From Vitrella brassicaformis CCMP3155 (Eukaryota; Protista; Chromerida), in assembly GCA_001179505.1 (NCBI GenBank), contig CDMY01000520.1, forward strand, positions 62,001 to 126,000: DNA of 64,000 bases, in the 5' to 3' direction. Of this stretch, positions 1-10,641 are shown piece by piece. Numbering within the stretch: the stretch's first letter is position 1; each line of letters starts with the position of its first letter. The translations under genes and the position numbers were made by a program. The notes beneath the pieces are model-generated. The model saw only the letters and a program-made list of their open reading frames with translations, was not told the origin of the DNA and did no database searches.

Positions 1-2415
1 GATGATGAGGCACTCGTGGGACGCGCCACTGTCATTTGGTAGAGCACTCACGGTGTTCGCAGCTTCATTGTGACTTGGGTGTGTGTGTGTGTGCTGTCAG
101 ATAACACGCTGGGCGAGTGGGATCTCTCCGGCGCGACCATCCCGACCAAGAGCTCTGTGGTGCTCGTGCCCCGAGTGGCCAACAGGACTGGCCAGTTCTG
201 GTGAGCATCACGCGACGAGAACTGGATGCTCATTCAGAGAATGAATGCACGTTCTGGTCTGACTGTGGTGTGGCTTGTCAGGCACAAGCAGCCCGTGACG
301 ACGGCGAACTTTGAGGTCGAGTTTGAGTTTCTCGTCGATGGGCCGCAGAGGACACAGTCCCAGGGATTTGCCTTCTGGTGGGCATAGACCGGAGGATGGC
401 CCGAGCTGCCGAGCATCTCTGCCTGTATTTTGGGTGTGTTTGTGTAGGTATGTGTATGAAGAGTATGCGAAAAGCTACCCGAAGAATGACGAGGAGGCCA
501 AGTCGTGGACACTTCACGGATACAAAGTGAATGCCTGACTGCACACAGACAGAACAGTGGAAAGGGAGCGCCACACTCGCTCTCTGGCTGCTGTGGGTAT
601 CTGCAGCAAAACTTCAAAGGTGTCGGGGTCTTTTTCAGCAACTTTGACAAGTCCAACCAGGTAACTTGAAAGAGGGAACCGCCGCTGGTCATCCACAAGG
701 CGGCTCACTCATCCTGTCCCTGCCTGTGTGTGTTCGCAGCTGAATCCGTCTGTCTCCGTTGCACACAATCCTGTCGGTGAGGGCTACTACCTCCTCGGGA
801 GAGACGTGCCGACACGAGGTCAGTCAGTCAGCCGAAATGCAGAAGAGCATGCCTGTGTGCACGTGCGTTGTGGTGACGGTGTGTCAGATGTGCTGTTCCT
901 TAAGTATCGCAACACGCAGCAGACCATTCGATTCAAGCTGAAGGCCGGACCGAAGGGTGTACTCGGGCAGGTGCGTGTGGGCACCACCCAGCAGCAAGCC
1001 AGGATAGTGCACGGTGTCCTTGCACTGGTCAGGTCCGCATGGGTCCCAATGCCGCGTGGATCGATGCATTCAGGGTGTGTAAATGCACTCACAGAGACTC
1101 ATGTGTCGAGTGCGGTCCATGTTTTGTCTCGTGTTGCCTGCAGCTGTACAACGTCCGCGTGCAGCCTCAAGGCTATATCGGATTCTCCTCTTTCACCGGT
1201 GGGCCACGGCAATCTCATCTTTCCACTGAGAGTGGTCCGTGCACGGGGTGTCTGTTGCGTGTCTGGACGTTTAGGCCCGGAAGTGCCTGACCACCAAGGC
1301 GATCGAGTAACACTATTCTCCTTCCACATGTACAATCTCGACATGACACAGACGGGGGAGGACTCAAACGTCGTCCATGACAGTGAGCTGGATGGGAGTG
1401 CAGGAATGACTTCACGTGATACGCACTCATGTATCGGGCTGCTGTGTGATCGGTCAAACAGCTTTGGGCGATATGAATGTCAACCATCTGCTCAAGGACA
1501 GCAAATTCGAGAACGACGTATGCAACCTGCATAGGCACACGTGGGATATTGGCATGGATCTGCATGTGACGTGTGTGTGCCGTGTGTGTGTGTGTGTGTG
1601 TATTGCCAGAGTGACGAGACGGCGATCATCCGTGAGCTGACCAGGATGCTGTACAAGCACACGTCTGAGGCAGCACCCAGGGAACAAACCATCTTCAAAA
1701 CACTCAAGTGCGTCAGAACGGCCAACCGCTACACAAGCGCACTGTGAGTATGTCTTGTGTCCATGGCACTCACTGCAGCCGTCTGACAGCTGAGGTCCAC
1801 ATGCTGACGCAGGACGTGCGCGAGATCGCCGCCGAGTTCAGAGTGTACAAGGAGCTCACCAGCGGCAACGACACCCTGCACAACATGAAACAAGAGGTAT
1901 TGAAGCTGAGAGAGGCAGGGGACGTGACGTCAGATGGGTGGTGGTCGGATGTGTCGTCAGGTTCTGGGTCTCCGGAGCTTCTTTTCGAAGCACGTGCAGA
2001 GCGCGACGTCCAGCGTGCAGGGTCTGCAAAGGTCCGTCATCACACACACCACACACACGCGTGATTCGCTCCATCACTGTGTGTGTGTGTTGGATGAGTG
2101 CAGGACCATATCTCTGATGCAGCGCGGCGGTAGTCAATCCGAGCAGGGCCTGAATGAGGTGCGTCAGCTGGCTTCGACACATACGTCGCTTGAGGAGGCC
2201 ATCAACTCGCAAGCCATGTTCAGCTCGTATGCTGTTGTCGGCGCCGTCGCAATGGTCACCTACACACACACACACACACACTGGAAGACAGAGCCATACA
2301 GAATTTTCGTTGAGATGATGTGTATGTGCTTTGTGTGTGTGCACTTCAGGTGTGTATTTTTGCTTTGATGATGTGGAAGAAGATGCGAGATATGGAGAAG
2401 AAACACTCGCTGTGA
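1..2415 (+). CDS. ERGIC-53/VIP36-like L-type (legume-like) lectin, type I membrane protein; multi-exon, 5' end outside window
   Basis: Spliced exons read NTLGEWDLSGATIPTKSSVVLVPRVANRTGQFW / HKQPVTTANFEVEFEFLVDG..SQGFAFW / FKGVGVFFSNF / GYIGFSSFTG (L-lectin beta-sandwich motifs). A coiled-coil stalk, a hydrophobic segment and a C-terminal ...MRDMEKKHSL* (TGA 2413-2415) follow. Confidence 0.75.
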
Positions 2416-2864
2416 TTGGATGGATGGATGGATGGATGGCTATGTGTCTTGATGTTTGTGTCCCTCCCTCTCATGTGCCCATGTGCCCTACCTGCGTGGC
2501 GTCCCTGCATGAGCCCACGCGTCCGTCCTCTTTTATCCGTCGCCTTGATCCGTGCCAGCTGGTTGACTGCATACTGCATACATATCGAACGATAAGTGAT
2601 TCATGGGTGGTGCGGTGTACAGAGGGCTGAGGGCTGACTGATCATGACATGGCTGGCTGACGTGCCGACCATCAGTGATAACATATGCGAGACCTCCTTG
2701 AGCTTTTTCTGTCGCCAGTGGCCGGCAGGCATCGATCGTTTGGCATACGTACACATGCGTACATACGAACATATTTCTTCGATCCAAAACACATAAACCT
2801 CAGAAGCGATTTGTCTCTGTTGCGCCTCTCATTGATTCACCCACTGGTTGTTGGTCTGGTCACA

Positions 2865-3559
2865 ATGGTCGGCGGTGAGGGCGACGACTCGTCCGCGAAG
2901 CGCCGCAAGACCGAGGGCGCCGAGGACGAGCAGGCTACACACGATGGCTCAGACCAGGTAGGACACAAACAGAGAGACAGACGCAAAGTCCACTGGTGCA
3001 TTCACTGCTTTTCGTGTGTCAGGTTGTGTCCAACTTGCGCGTGTGTGAGGAACGTTTGCGTGAGGACGCTGGTGGGTGTGAGTGAGGAAGCACACACGTC
3101 TCGCTGATTGACTGTCTCCTTTGTGTGTCAGAGAGTCTGCTTCGCGAGTTCAACGAGTGGGTGTCGTCGATGATGGAGCACCTCTCGCAGATCACACACG
3201 CATCGTAAGGAGAGGAAGGACACACAGACAGAGAGACATGGACAGACATGCTCTTGTGTGCAGGTGTGAGGCATTGCTGAGCGAGTTTTCACAAAAGGTC
3301 GACGAACTCGACACACTCACCAAGGAGGTATATTGCACGTCACAACCGAATGCATGGATGCATCCCTCATATATTGTGTGTGGTGTCGCGTGGTCAGAAC
3401 GACGAGGGCGACGGCCACATCATGCAGGCGAGCCAGATCGCACAGTCCTACATCCAGAACGACCTCATGAACGACAGTCAGTCACTTACACCCACCAACA
3501 ACACAAACAGAGACACGACAAGCTGTTCTTGCCTTCATACAGGCGACGAGCAGGGATGA
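2865..3559 (+). CDS. Small acidic/helical hypothetical protein, about 5 exons
   Basis: ATG 2865 MVGGEGDDSSAKRRKTEG (NLS-like KRRK). Further exons SLLREFNEWVSSMMEHL, EALLSEFSQKVDELDTLTKE and NDEGDGHIMQASQIAQSYIQ are bounded by GT/AG; TGA 3557-3559. Confidence 0.55.
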
Positions 3560-3580
3560 AGGACGGAGGATGACGACCAA

Positions 3581-3723
3581 AATGGGTGCAACAGATGCAT
3601 GTGATGGATGGATGGATGGATAAACAGACCAAACACAAACAGGTGCATGATGCTGAATGCTGTTGGCTTGTGTCTCCGTTCGCAATGATCCAGAAGCATT
3701 AAGCTCATAGAGTCATCAACCAT
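3581..3723 (+). repeat. Dispersed repeat segment A, copy 1 (direct to 10419-10556)
   Basis: Shared blocks AATGGGTGCAACA.ATGC, AAACAGACCAAAC, ATGCTGAATG, TTGTGTCTCCG.TCGCAA and CTCATAGAGTCATCAACCAT, with indels. Confidence 0.85.
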
Positions 3724-4899
3724 ACCGCGAAGAAGAGACACACAAATCGGGAAAATCACACTGGCAAATCGATATTCGCGTCTTTCTCTCTCCCATCCAC
3801 ACACAACAATGAGACAGGCTGTCACACAACAAGGAGAGATAGACCAGTGGAGTGACAACATACGCAAAGTGACAGAGACGCGCACACAGCGGTTTATGTG
3901 TGTGTTATCGCTGTGTGGCTCACAGCAGAAGTGCTGATGGGTCGTGTGGGGGTGTGCGTCCATCGCCTTCCCTCCCCCGCCCGGCAAATAAAGAGCGACG
4001 GACACAGCCACACGCTGCCACTCTAACCTCGCCATACGACTCCTCAGGAGCACACAGAGGGATCCGGACAGAGAGAGGGAATCCATCCACGCAATCCACC
4101 CGGCCACTGTGGTGTCTGTCTGTGAGACGGCCGACGGCCACCGCACACAGAGAGGGAGGACGAACACTCAATGTGTCAGATGGCCACCATCGAGGATCTC
4201 AGAGTCAGCACACCGACACACGATGCACACCAAAGAGAACAGACGCCTCTCCTCTCTCTCTTTCCTCTGTCTCCACCATAGAGAGAAGAGACACATTAGT
4301 CTCTATCGTGTGTTTGTGTGTCCATTTCCGTCTGTGGCCATCTCTGTCGCCGCCCGGCAACCCAAAAGCACCAACACTGTTCGTGTGCTGATGCTCTGAG
4401 ATTCCCGCGCGAGGCTCACGAATGCAGGAAAACCAAGGCACACACAGTACCAGACACATAAGACAGCTGGAGAGGGAAATGAAGGAAACGGATCATGAAC
4501 AACCAAAAGACAGTCAACACAGTACGGGTGCGAGTTGAGGCCTCTGGCTTGTCCTTACTCATCTGCTGAGGAGGCCGAAAACACCATCAAACACTTGGTC
4601 AGTCGCTGCATGCATGTGTGTGTGTGTGTGTGTGTGTGTGTTAGGATGACGTGAAGCGGCCGCACGAGGCAGCAGAGGCTTCACATGGTCACCACCAAAC
4701 TATCAGCCATCCTTATCTGCCTGTGTGTGTGGCTCCACTGACACAGGAGCGACGGCGGTCTGCAGTCGGCAGAGGTCTTTCGCTCCTACGCCTGGCTGTG
4801 CACGGGACCGAAACACAGACAGGCAGATAGAGACATGCGTGCATGTCGTGTGTGAGTGCAGATGGTGTCGTGTTTGCGTGTGTATGTTGGCGGCCCCCG

Positions 4900-5160
4900 G
4901 CCAACACTGCCGCCACGCAAGTCAGACCTGACGACAGGCGAGTGGGCATCGCAGCGCCCGGCCGCCAGGGCTACCCCACACAGACGCAGCTACCCCTCAC
5001 AGACGCAGCTGAACAATGCATTTGGCCATACCTACAACAAACGCACGACAGCTCGCCGGACAGATCAACTAACTGATTGGCCATCCACACGGACTGCCAT
5101 GCATTTCTGTACCGACACGATCAAATGGAAATGACACCATCAGTCAATGATTGACTCCAT
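4900..5160 (+). repeat. Dispersed repeat segment B, copy 1 (inverted relative to 10111-10360)
   Basis: GCCAACACTGCCGCCA.GCAAGTCAGACCTGACGACAGGCGAGTGGGCATCGCAGCGCCCGGCCGCCAGGGCTACCCC...CAGTCAATGATTGACTCCAT matches the reverse complement of 10111-10360 closely. Copy 1 carries an extra ~19-nt tandem duplication (GCTACCCC.CACAGACGCA x2). Confidence 0.9.
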
Positions 5161-5415
5161 TCATCCAAACAACATCCATAAGTAAGCCATATAGGATAGT
5201 GACACAAACCAACCATGCAATTGACTCATTCAAGCGGGAATCGTTGCTGCCTCTCTATGCATGTGAGGGAAACTAAGCGCACGGACGTAAGTACGCACAA
5301 TAAGGAAAAAAATACGTACGTACATCTACGTAGCATGACTAACTTGCACATTGATATTGTCAATGTGCACACTGCATTACACCGCAAAACACCACAATAT
5401 CATCATCACATCGAG

Positions 5416-8400
5416 CTATCTCCCTTCCCCCTTGTGTGCATCCCGATGGGCCAAGAGGAACAGCTTCTCTTCATCCGTCCCGTTGATCGGCCCTGTGACA
5501 TTGCCAGGGTCATTCGGTGGCGGGGGCTCCGGGCACGTGATCGTCACGTCGGCCGTAATATCACTGTCGCACATGTTGTTGATAAGAAAGGCATAGAGAC
5601 CTGGTTCAGCGATGAAAATTATGAGGCCGTCCAGAAGCGTTCCCCGCAGGACAGATGGCTCGAAGAAAAGGTCGCTCTCACATCCACGGAAGACGTGTAT
5701 CCACGTCGCAGCCATTGACTCTTCGTTGTGAAACTCCGCACCGATGAAGCTTGGTTTGTCGAGCTGGGCGAAGAGCAGCCTTTGCGCTAAGGAGGTACCG
5801 TTACAGATATCCCTCGCGAGGTCGAAAACCGGAAGGGCCTTGTCGAGAAGAGCCGATTTGAAGGCAACCCTCGTGCCGCAGATGGCCTGTGGCCCATCGG
5901 GGATGAGATTGGTAACGAATGCGCTGTTGGTCTCATCTAGGAGGCTTGCCGGGCACCCAGCTGCACACACACAGATACAAGAGCGGGAGACATATACATC
6001 TTGCCGACATGCAGGGGAGGGGAGTGCTGTTCGCTTACGTATAGGCAACTCGCGTGTGCCCGGTTTTAATCCGGTGAAGGGGACTTCCTCTTTGCCTAGC
6101 AGACTTGTAATTGGCGGCAGTTCCACAGCCGGCCGTTGTTGGAACGGGGGCACTGCACACAAACCACACCAAAGGTGTATACAGGGCCAATCTGTTATCT
6201 CTGCTTGCCTCACCAGTTACACTGCATATTCGCGTGACAATACTGCCGTCAATGGTGAGTGCATCCTTCGGCAGCGGTGGGTAGATCATGCCCACCAGCT
6301 TATCGCCCGCCCTGATCTCTCCCCTGAAGTCGTCGTAACTCAATGTTGATGAACCTCGGCTGTTCACCTTGAGCATATCAGCACGACACTTCTCGTCACG
6401 TGTCACACCGAAGTTGAGGATCATGTCAGCGGTGGAGTTTTCCGACGCAATGACGGTCACCTCCACTCCCTTGTTGTCCCTCCCAGCGTCGATCTTAAGC
6501 AGGATGGTGTCTCGCGCATCATCGTCTTCGGTAAACAATCCTCCAGTGACCTCCACTTTCCCTATGAAGGGCACTTTGCCGTCGATAACGATGTAGTCGC
6601 TGCCTCGGCCACCGGCTACTCGCATGAGATCGAGTGCTGAGCTGTCGCTGTTGATGGTGACTGAAATGCAATCGTTGCCTTCCCGGCCATCAGCTGTCAA
6701 GCTGCCTTGGCCGTCCTCCACGGAGACGCCCAGTGCATCGTCGGACGGCGTGCCTCTACAAGGCGACTCGTTATCGGCGGCGCAGGCCACTTCTTTCACC
6801 GAAGTCTCGGTCAGACACACAGGGATGTTGGCTGACATAAGGACGGAGAACAAACGGGAATGGCGACGGGTGCAGGGGATGCTCCATCCTCCATGCCTAC
6901 CGAGTGACGTGACGGCAGCGTATGCGTCCATGAGCCCATGTCCCGTCTGGTTGTCATGGCCAACGTCGAAGTCCCCTGGGCCCTGCTGGCTCAGGTCGAT
7001 GTAATCATCCATGTCAATGGCTGTCTCGAACAGGACGTCTCGGATTTCTTCGGGCGTCATGCCGGCCTTCCATTCATTCAGGAGGGCTATGACGGCCGCC
7101 ACGTGCGGGGCCGACGCAGACGTACCAAAGAAGTTGGGAAATCCTGCGATCACACCGACGATTCACAGGCTGATATTAGAAATGTCATGTCGGTTGGATC
7201 GGGGGCTGCTCACCAGAGTTGTCCACAAAGCTCCCAAAAAAGGTGGTGTGCGTACCATCCTGCACATACAAAAGGACATCAGAGCATTCCCAGCCTTTCT
7301 GCATAGCCGTCGACCGCAAGTCGTCTTACTGCAGCGGTTATGTCGGGCTTCTTTCTCATCTCGAAAGTGGGATTGCCGTCCTTGTCAAACAGAATCGGTG
7401 TTTGTCCGTGGCTTGTGGAGGGCTCAGCCACTGGCGGATCCACTGCCCCGAAACGAGGCGTGTCGGCATACTGAATGACAGGCACACACATGCGACATCA
7501 AACCTGAGTGAAACTTGTAGGACTTTTCTAACATAAGCAGCTGCTACTGCGATAGACAGCGGCACGTTTTTATGCCCGCAGACAGTCGGTGCTCCATTGA
7601 AGAACGTCTGTGGATACGAGTTACCCAGGGGCACCCAAAGGTACCGCATAAGCTCCGGAGCCGGCCCTTCAAACAGCAGAATCTTGAGTTTGAATGCGGT
7701 GTCAGGACCAGGGACGCCGTCCACATCGATATTTCCGTCGTTTGTAAACCATAACAACTCCACGGCGTCTCTGCCGATGTTCAAGTCGGTGCCGCCGGAG
7801 CCGAGGAGGAGATTCAGCGGATTATTGGCCATGTCAAATAGCATGATATCCATGTCGGAACGCGACCCAGCTGGCCCCTCTGATGCCGAGAAAAACGGCT
7901 CCGACCACTGCAAGCTGATTTCAAACGACTCGAACACCGGCACATGTATCACCTGAAACATCGGTGGACCGCAGGCGTCATGTCCGCCTGGCTTCCTGCT
8001 GCCCCATACCTGGTGGTCGACAACAGCTTCAGAATCGTCAAAGTCATGTGCAGTGTAGGTGACCACTTCTCCCGTTGGGCCTGTTATTGTCGTCGGGACG
8101 CCTGCGTCTCTGAAGCTGTCCTGGTAGGCATTGATGCCATTGCTAAAGGCACAGAGGAGGAAAGTGTCATCGGCTGAATGATGCGGCCCCATTTGCGGTC
8201 TCACTTGCCGGTCGACGAGATATATGATACGCCCTTCTCACTGGCTGTCTGGGCGGCCTGCGCAACAGTTCCATCCTGCACCACCCAGGCAACCGCAGAA
8301 ACAAATCCACACAACGCATTCAGTGCACAAAACACACGGCAGTACCTGAAAGAAAGGCTCGGCATAGTATGAAATCTGGTTGCAAAATAAATGAAGGACG

Positions 8401-9454
8401 CAGAGCATTATGGAGATGCACAGGGCGGCACAATGGTTGTTTCTCACATCGTCAACCAGGATGTCGTTGAACTCCGCCAGTCGAAGAATGTTATTCGCAA
8501 ACACCGCCGCCCCGATAAACGCTGCGGCAAAGGAAAGGTCCGCATGTGGAGCCAAGTCGTGTACCAGCTGAGCCATCGCTGACGCACACCCATACAGACA
8601 GACCACATGCACAAGACAAATGCAACACGCGCCCTTTTCCTTATGGTGTTCAGCCCTCAGCCGGCCATTCACTCACCTCTGCCTTCGTCAATGTCACCTG
8701 GCGATCCATCCTGAACCACCAATATGCCTTTGGGTGGCAGGTCGCCAGTCTCCACATCCTTAGCCATCGACCCAAAGAAGCGGCTGGTCATGTCCACACT
8801 GTCAGAGAGGAGTCCAATCTTCTGACCGCGACCAGTCAGGCCGAGTGTGGTCCTCACCACATCGACACGGTGTGCCAAATCCCCTTGACTGGTCGCCAGT
8901 CCGCGAGCCACATCGACGCTGCCGAGTGAGTCGAATGCCCCTCGGTGAACGATAAAGCTGCGGGATGCATAGTGGAGCCTCGGCAGCGACGGCAGCCTGT
9001 CGATGGCCGACACGGGCAGCCGCCCAGACACCACCTTCTGGAACGCCACACCGTTCTCCATGCCCATCTGCTCCAGCTCCTCTAGAAGCCGAGGGGCATC
9101 GTCCTTGCTCTTCGCGACGACATCAACGACCACCAGGTCATCAGCGCGGATGGTGGTGAAGCCTCTGGGGGTGCCGATGCCCTCTCGGTCAGCCTGTGCC
9201 CCCTTCTTCGCGTTGACGCGAGCAGTTCGCTGTTCCGCCCGTGACGGGGGACGCTGGACGGTGGCTGGTGCGCGTACGCCCTCGCCTTCTGGCTGGATGC
9301 CGATGAGTGATGAGAGCGTCCAGCTGATCTTGGCATCGATGGCCTCGTCCTCGGCACTCGCACTCCTGCCACTGTACTTGGACACTAGTCTGCTGTATGC
9401 TGAGTGCAGACATAGCAGGATAATCGAGAGGGCGATAGGAGACGCCCTACACAT
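5416..9454 (-). CDS. Secreted subtilase (peptidase S8/S53-like, bacterial-type subfamily) with long C-terminal extension; multi-exon
   Basis: Signal peptide MCRASPIALSIILLCLHSAYS, then a prodomain. Catalytic-region motifs: GLTGRGQKIGLLSDS, DVETGDLP, DEGRAMAQLVHDLAPHA, ILVDD-ISYYAEPFFQ-DG, YISSTGN, KPDITAA-DGTHTTFF, FPNFFGTSASAPHVAAVIALL, TGHGLMDA. All are joined by canonical introns. Confidence 0.9.
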
Positions 9455-10110
9455 TGTAACAATGTGCAACAAGAACTAACGGATTTACATACACCGTACA
9501 AACGCAGATCTGTCGCAACGGCCGCCCATGAAATGGGCGGCTCGGCACAGCACCGTGAGCTGGTGTTTCCCGGCACTGGCAGGCCCAGCAAAACCATGTC
9601 GTAAGAAGCCACATGCGTCTGCACTGTCCCTTGCCATGGCTGGCCCTAAGTCACGTACCTTTTTCCTCTGTCACAATGTCAGGCAGCTGCCCGAGGCTAC
9701 CACGGGTGCCAGCCACGAGGCTCTTCCCCCATCGCATCTGAGTAAAAACCTCTCACGTCTACTTGTGTGGTCGAAAGGACCGCATCTGCACATCAGTGCA
9801 CGTGCATATTTGTCGTGACTTGTACGAACCACTCGATTCTTCTCACATGACCGCTTCAGTAGTGTGGCGCCTTTTTCTCGTGCCAACATACGTTGGCTGC
9901 ATGCGGAGCTGCACAAGGACGGGGCGGGGAGATAAGGGCTATATGTGTGTGGACCCATTTTGTCCAGACACGCACTGATTTTGTGATGTGAAGCTGCTGG
10001 AGCACTGTGCGTGTCGGTCAAAATCAGTGCGTTTCGACATCGTTCGGTTCCATGTATGATGGGATGGACACTGCGTGGGGCGTACGAGTGAAGAACTCGA
10101 GAGATGGTAC

Positions 10111-10360
10111 ATGGAGTCAATCATTGACTGATGGTTGGTTCCTTTCATTTCCATTCGATGGTGTCGGTACAGAAATGCATGGCAATACGTGTGGATGGCC
10201 AATCAGTTAGTTGATCTGTCCGGCGAGCTGCCGTGCGTTTGTTGTGGGCCTGGCCAAATGCATTGTTCAGCTGCGTCTGTGAGGGGTAGCCCTGGCGGCC
10301 GGGCGCTGCGATGCCCACTCGCCTGTCGTCAGGTCTGACTTGCATGGCGGCAGTGTTGGC
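10111..10360 (-). repeat. Dispersed repeat segment B, copy 2
   Basis: Reverse complement of 4900-5160. Confidence 0.9.
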
Positions 10361-10418
10361 TGGTGATGCGATAGCGTCCTCCTCTGAGCCTGTCTCTGTG
10401 TGGAAGCAAACGGCAGAG

Positions 10419-10556
10419 AATGGGTGCAACAAATGCTTATGATGGATGGAATGAGTGGACAAACAGACCAAACGCAGATGAATGCTGAATGTCGCCTTGT
10501 GTCTCCGCTCGCAACTGAGCATTACTGCAAATGGATCTCATAGAGTCATCAACCAT
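10419..10556 (+). repeat. Dispersed repeat segment A, copy 2
   Basis: Direct match, with indels, to 3581-3723. Confidence 0.85.
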
Positions 10557-10641
10557 CCAAGCATCAGACACCCGAAGTATAAAATGCAGGCAGCGATTGC
10601 ACCCATCTATAGGATGCCCGGAAAAGTCTCAGGCTGTCTCG

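Noticed and set aside
4900-10360. Inverted B copies as terminal inverted repeats of a transposon carrying the protease
   Set aside because: No transposase, no target-site duplication at the outer ends, and the homology continues into segment A in a way that does not fit simple TIRs. Kept only as a rearrangement footprint.
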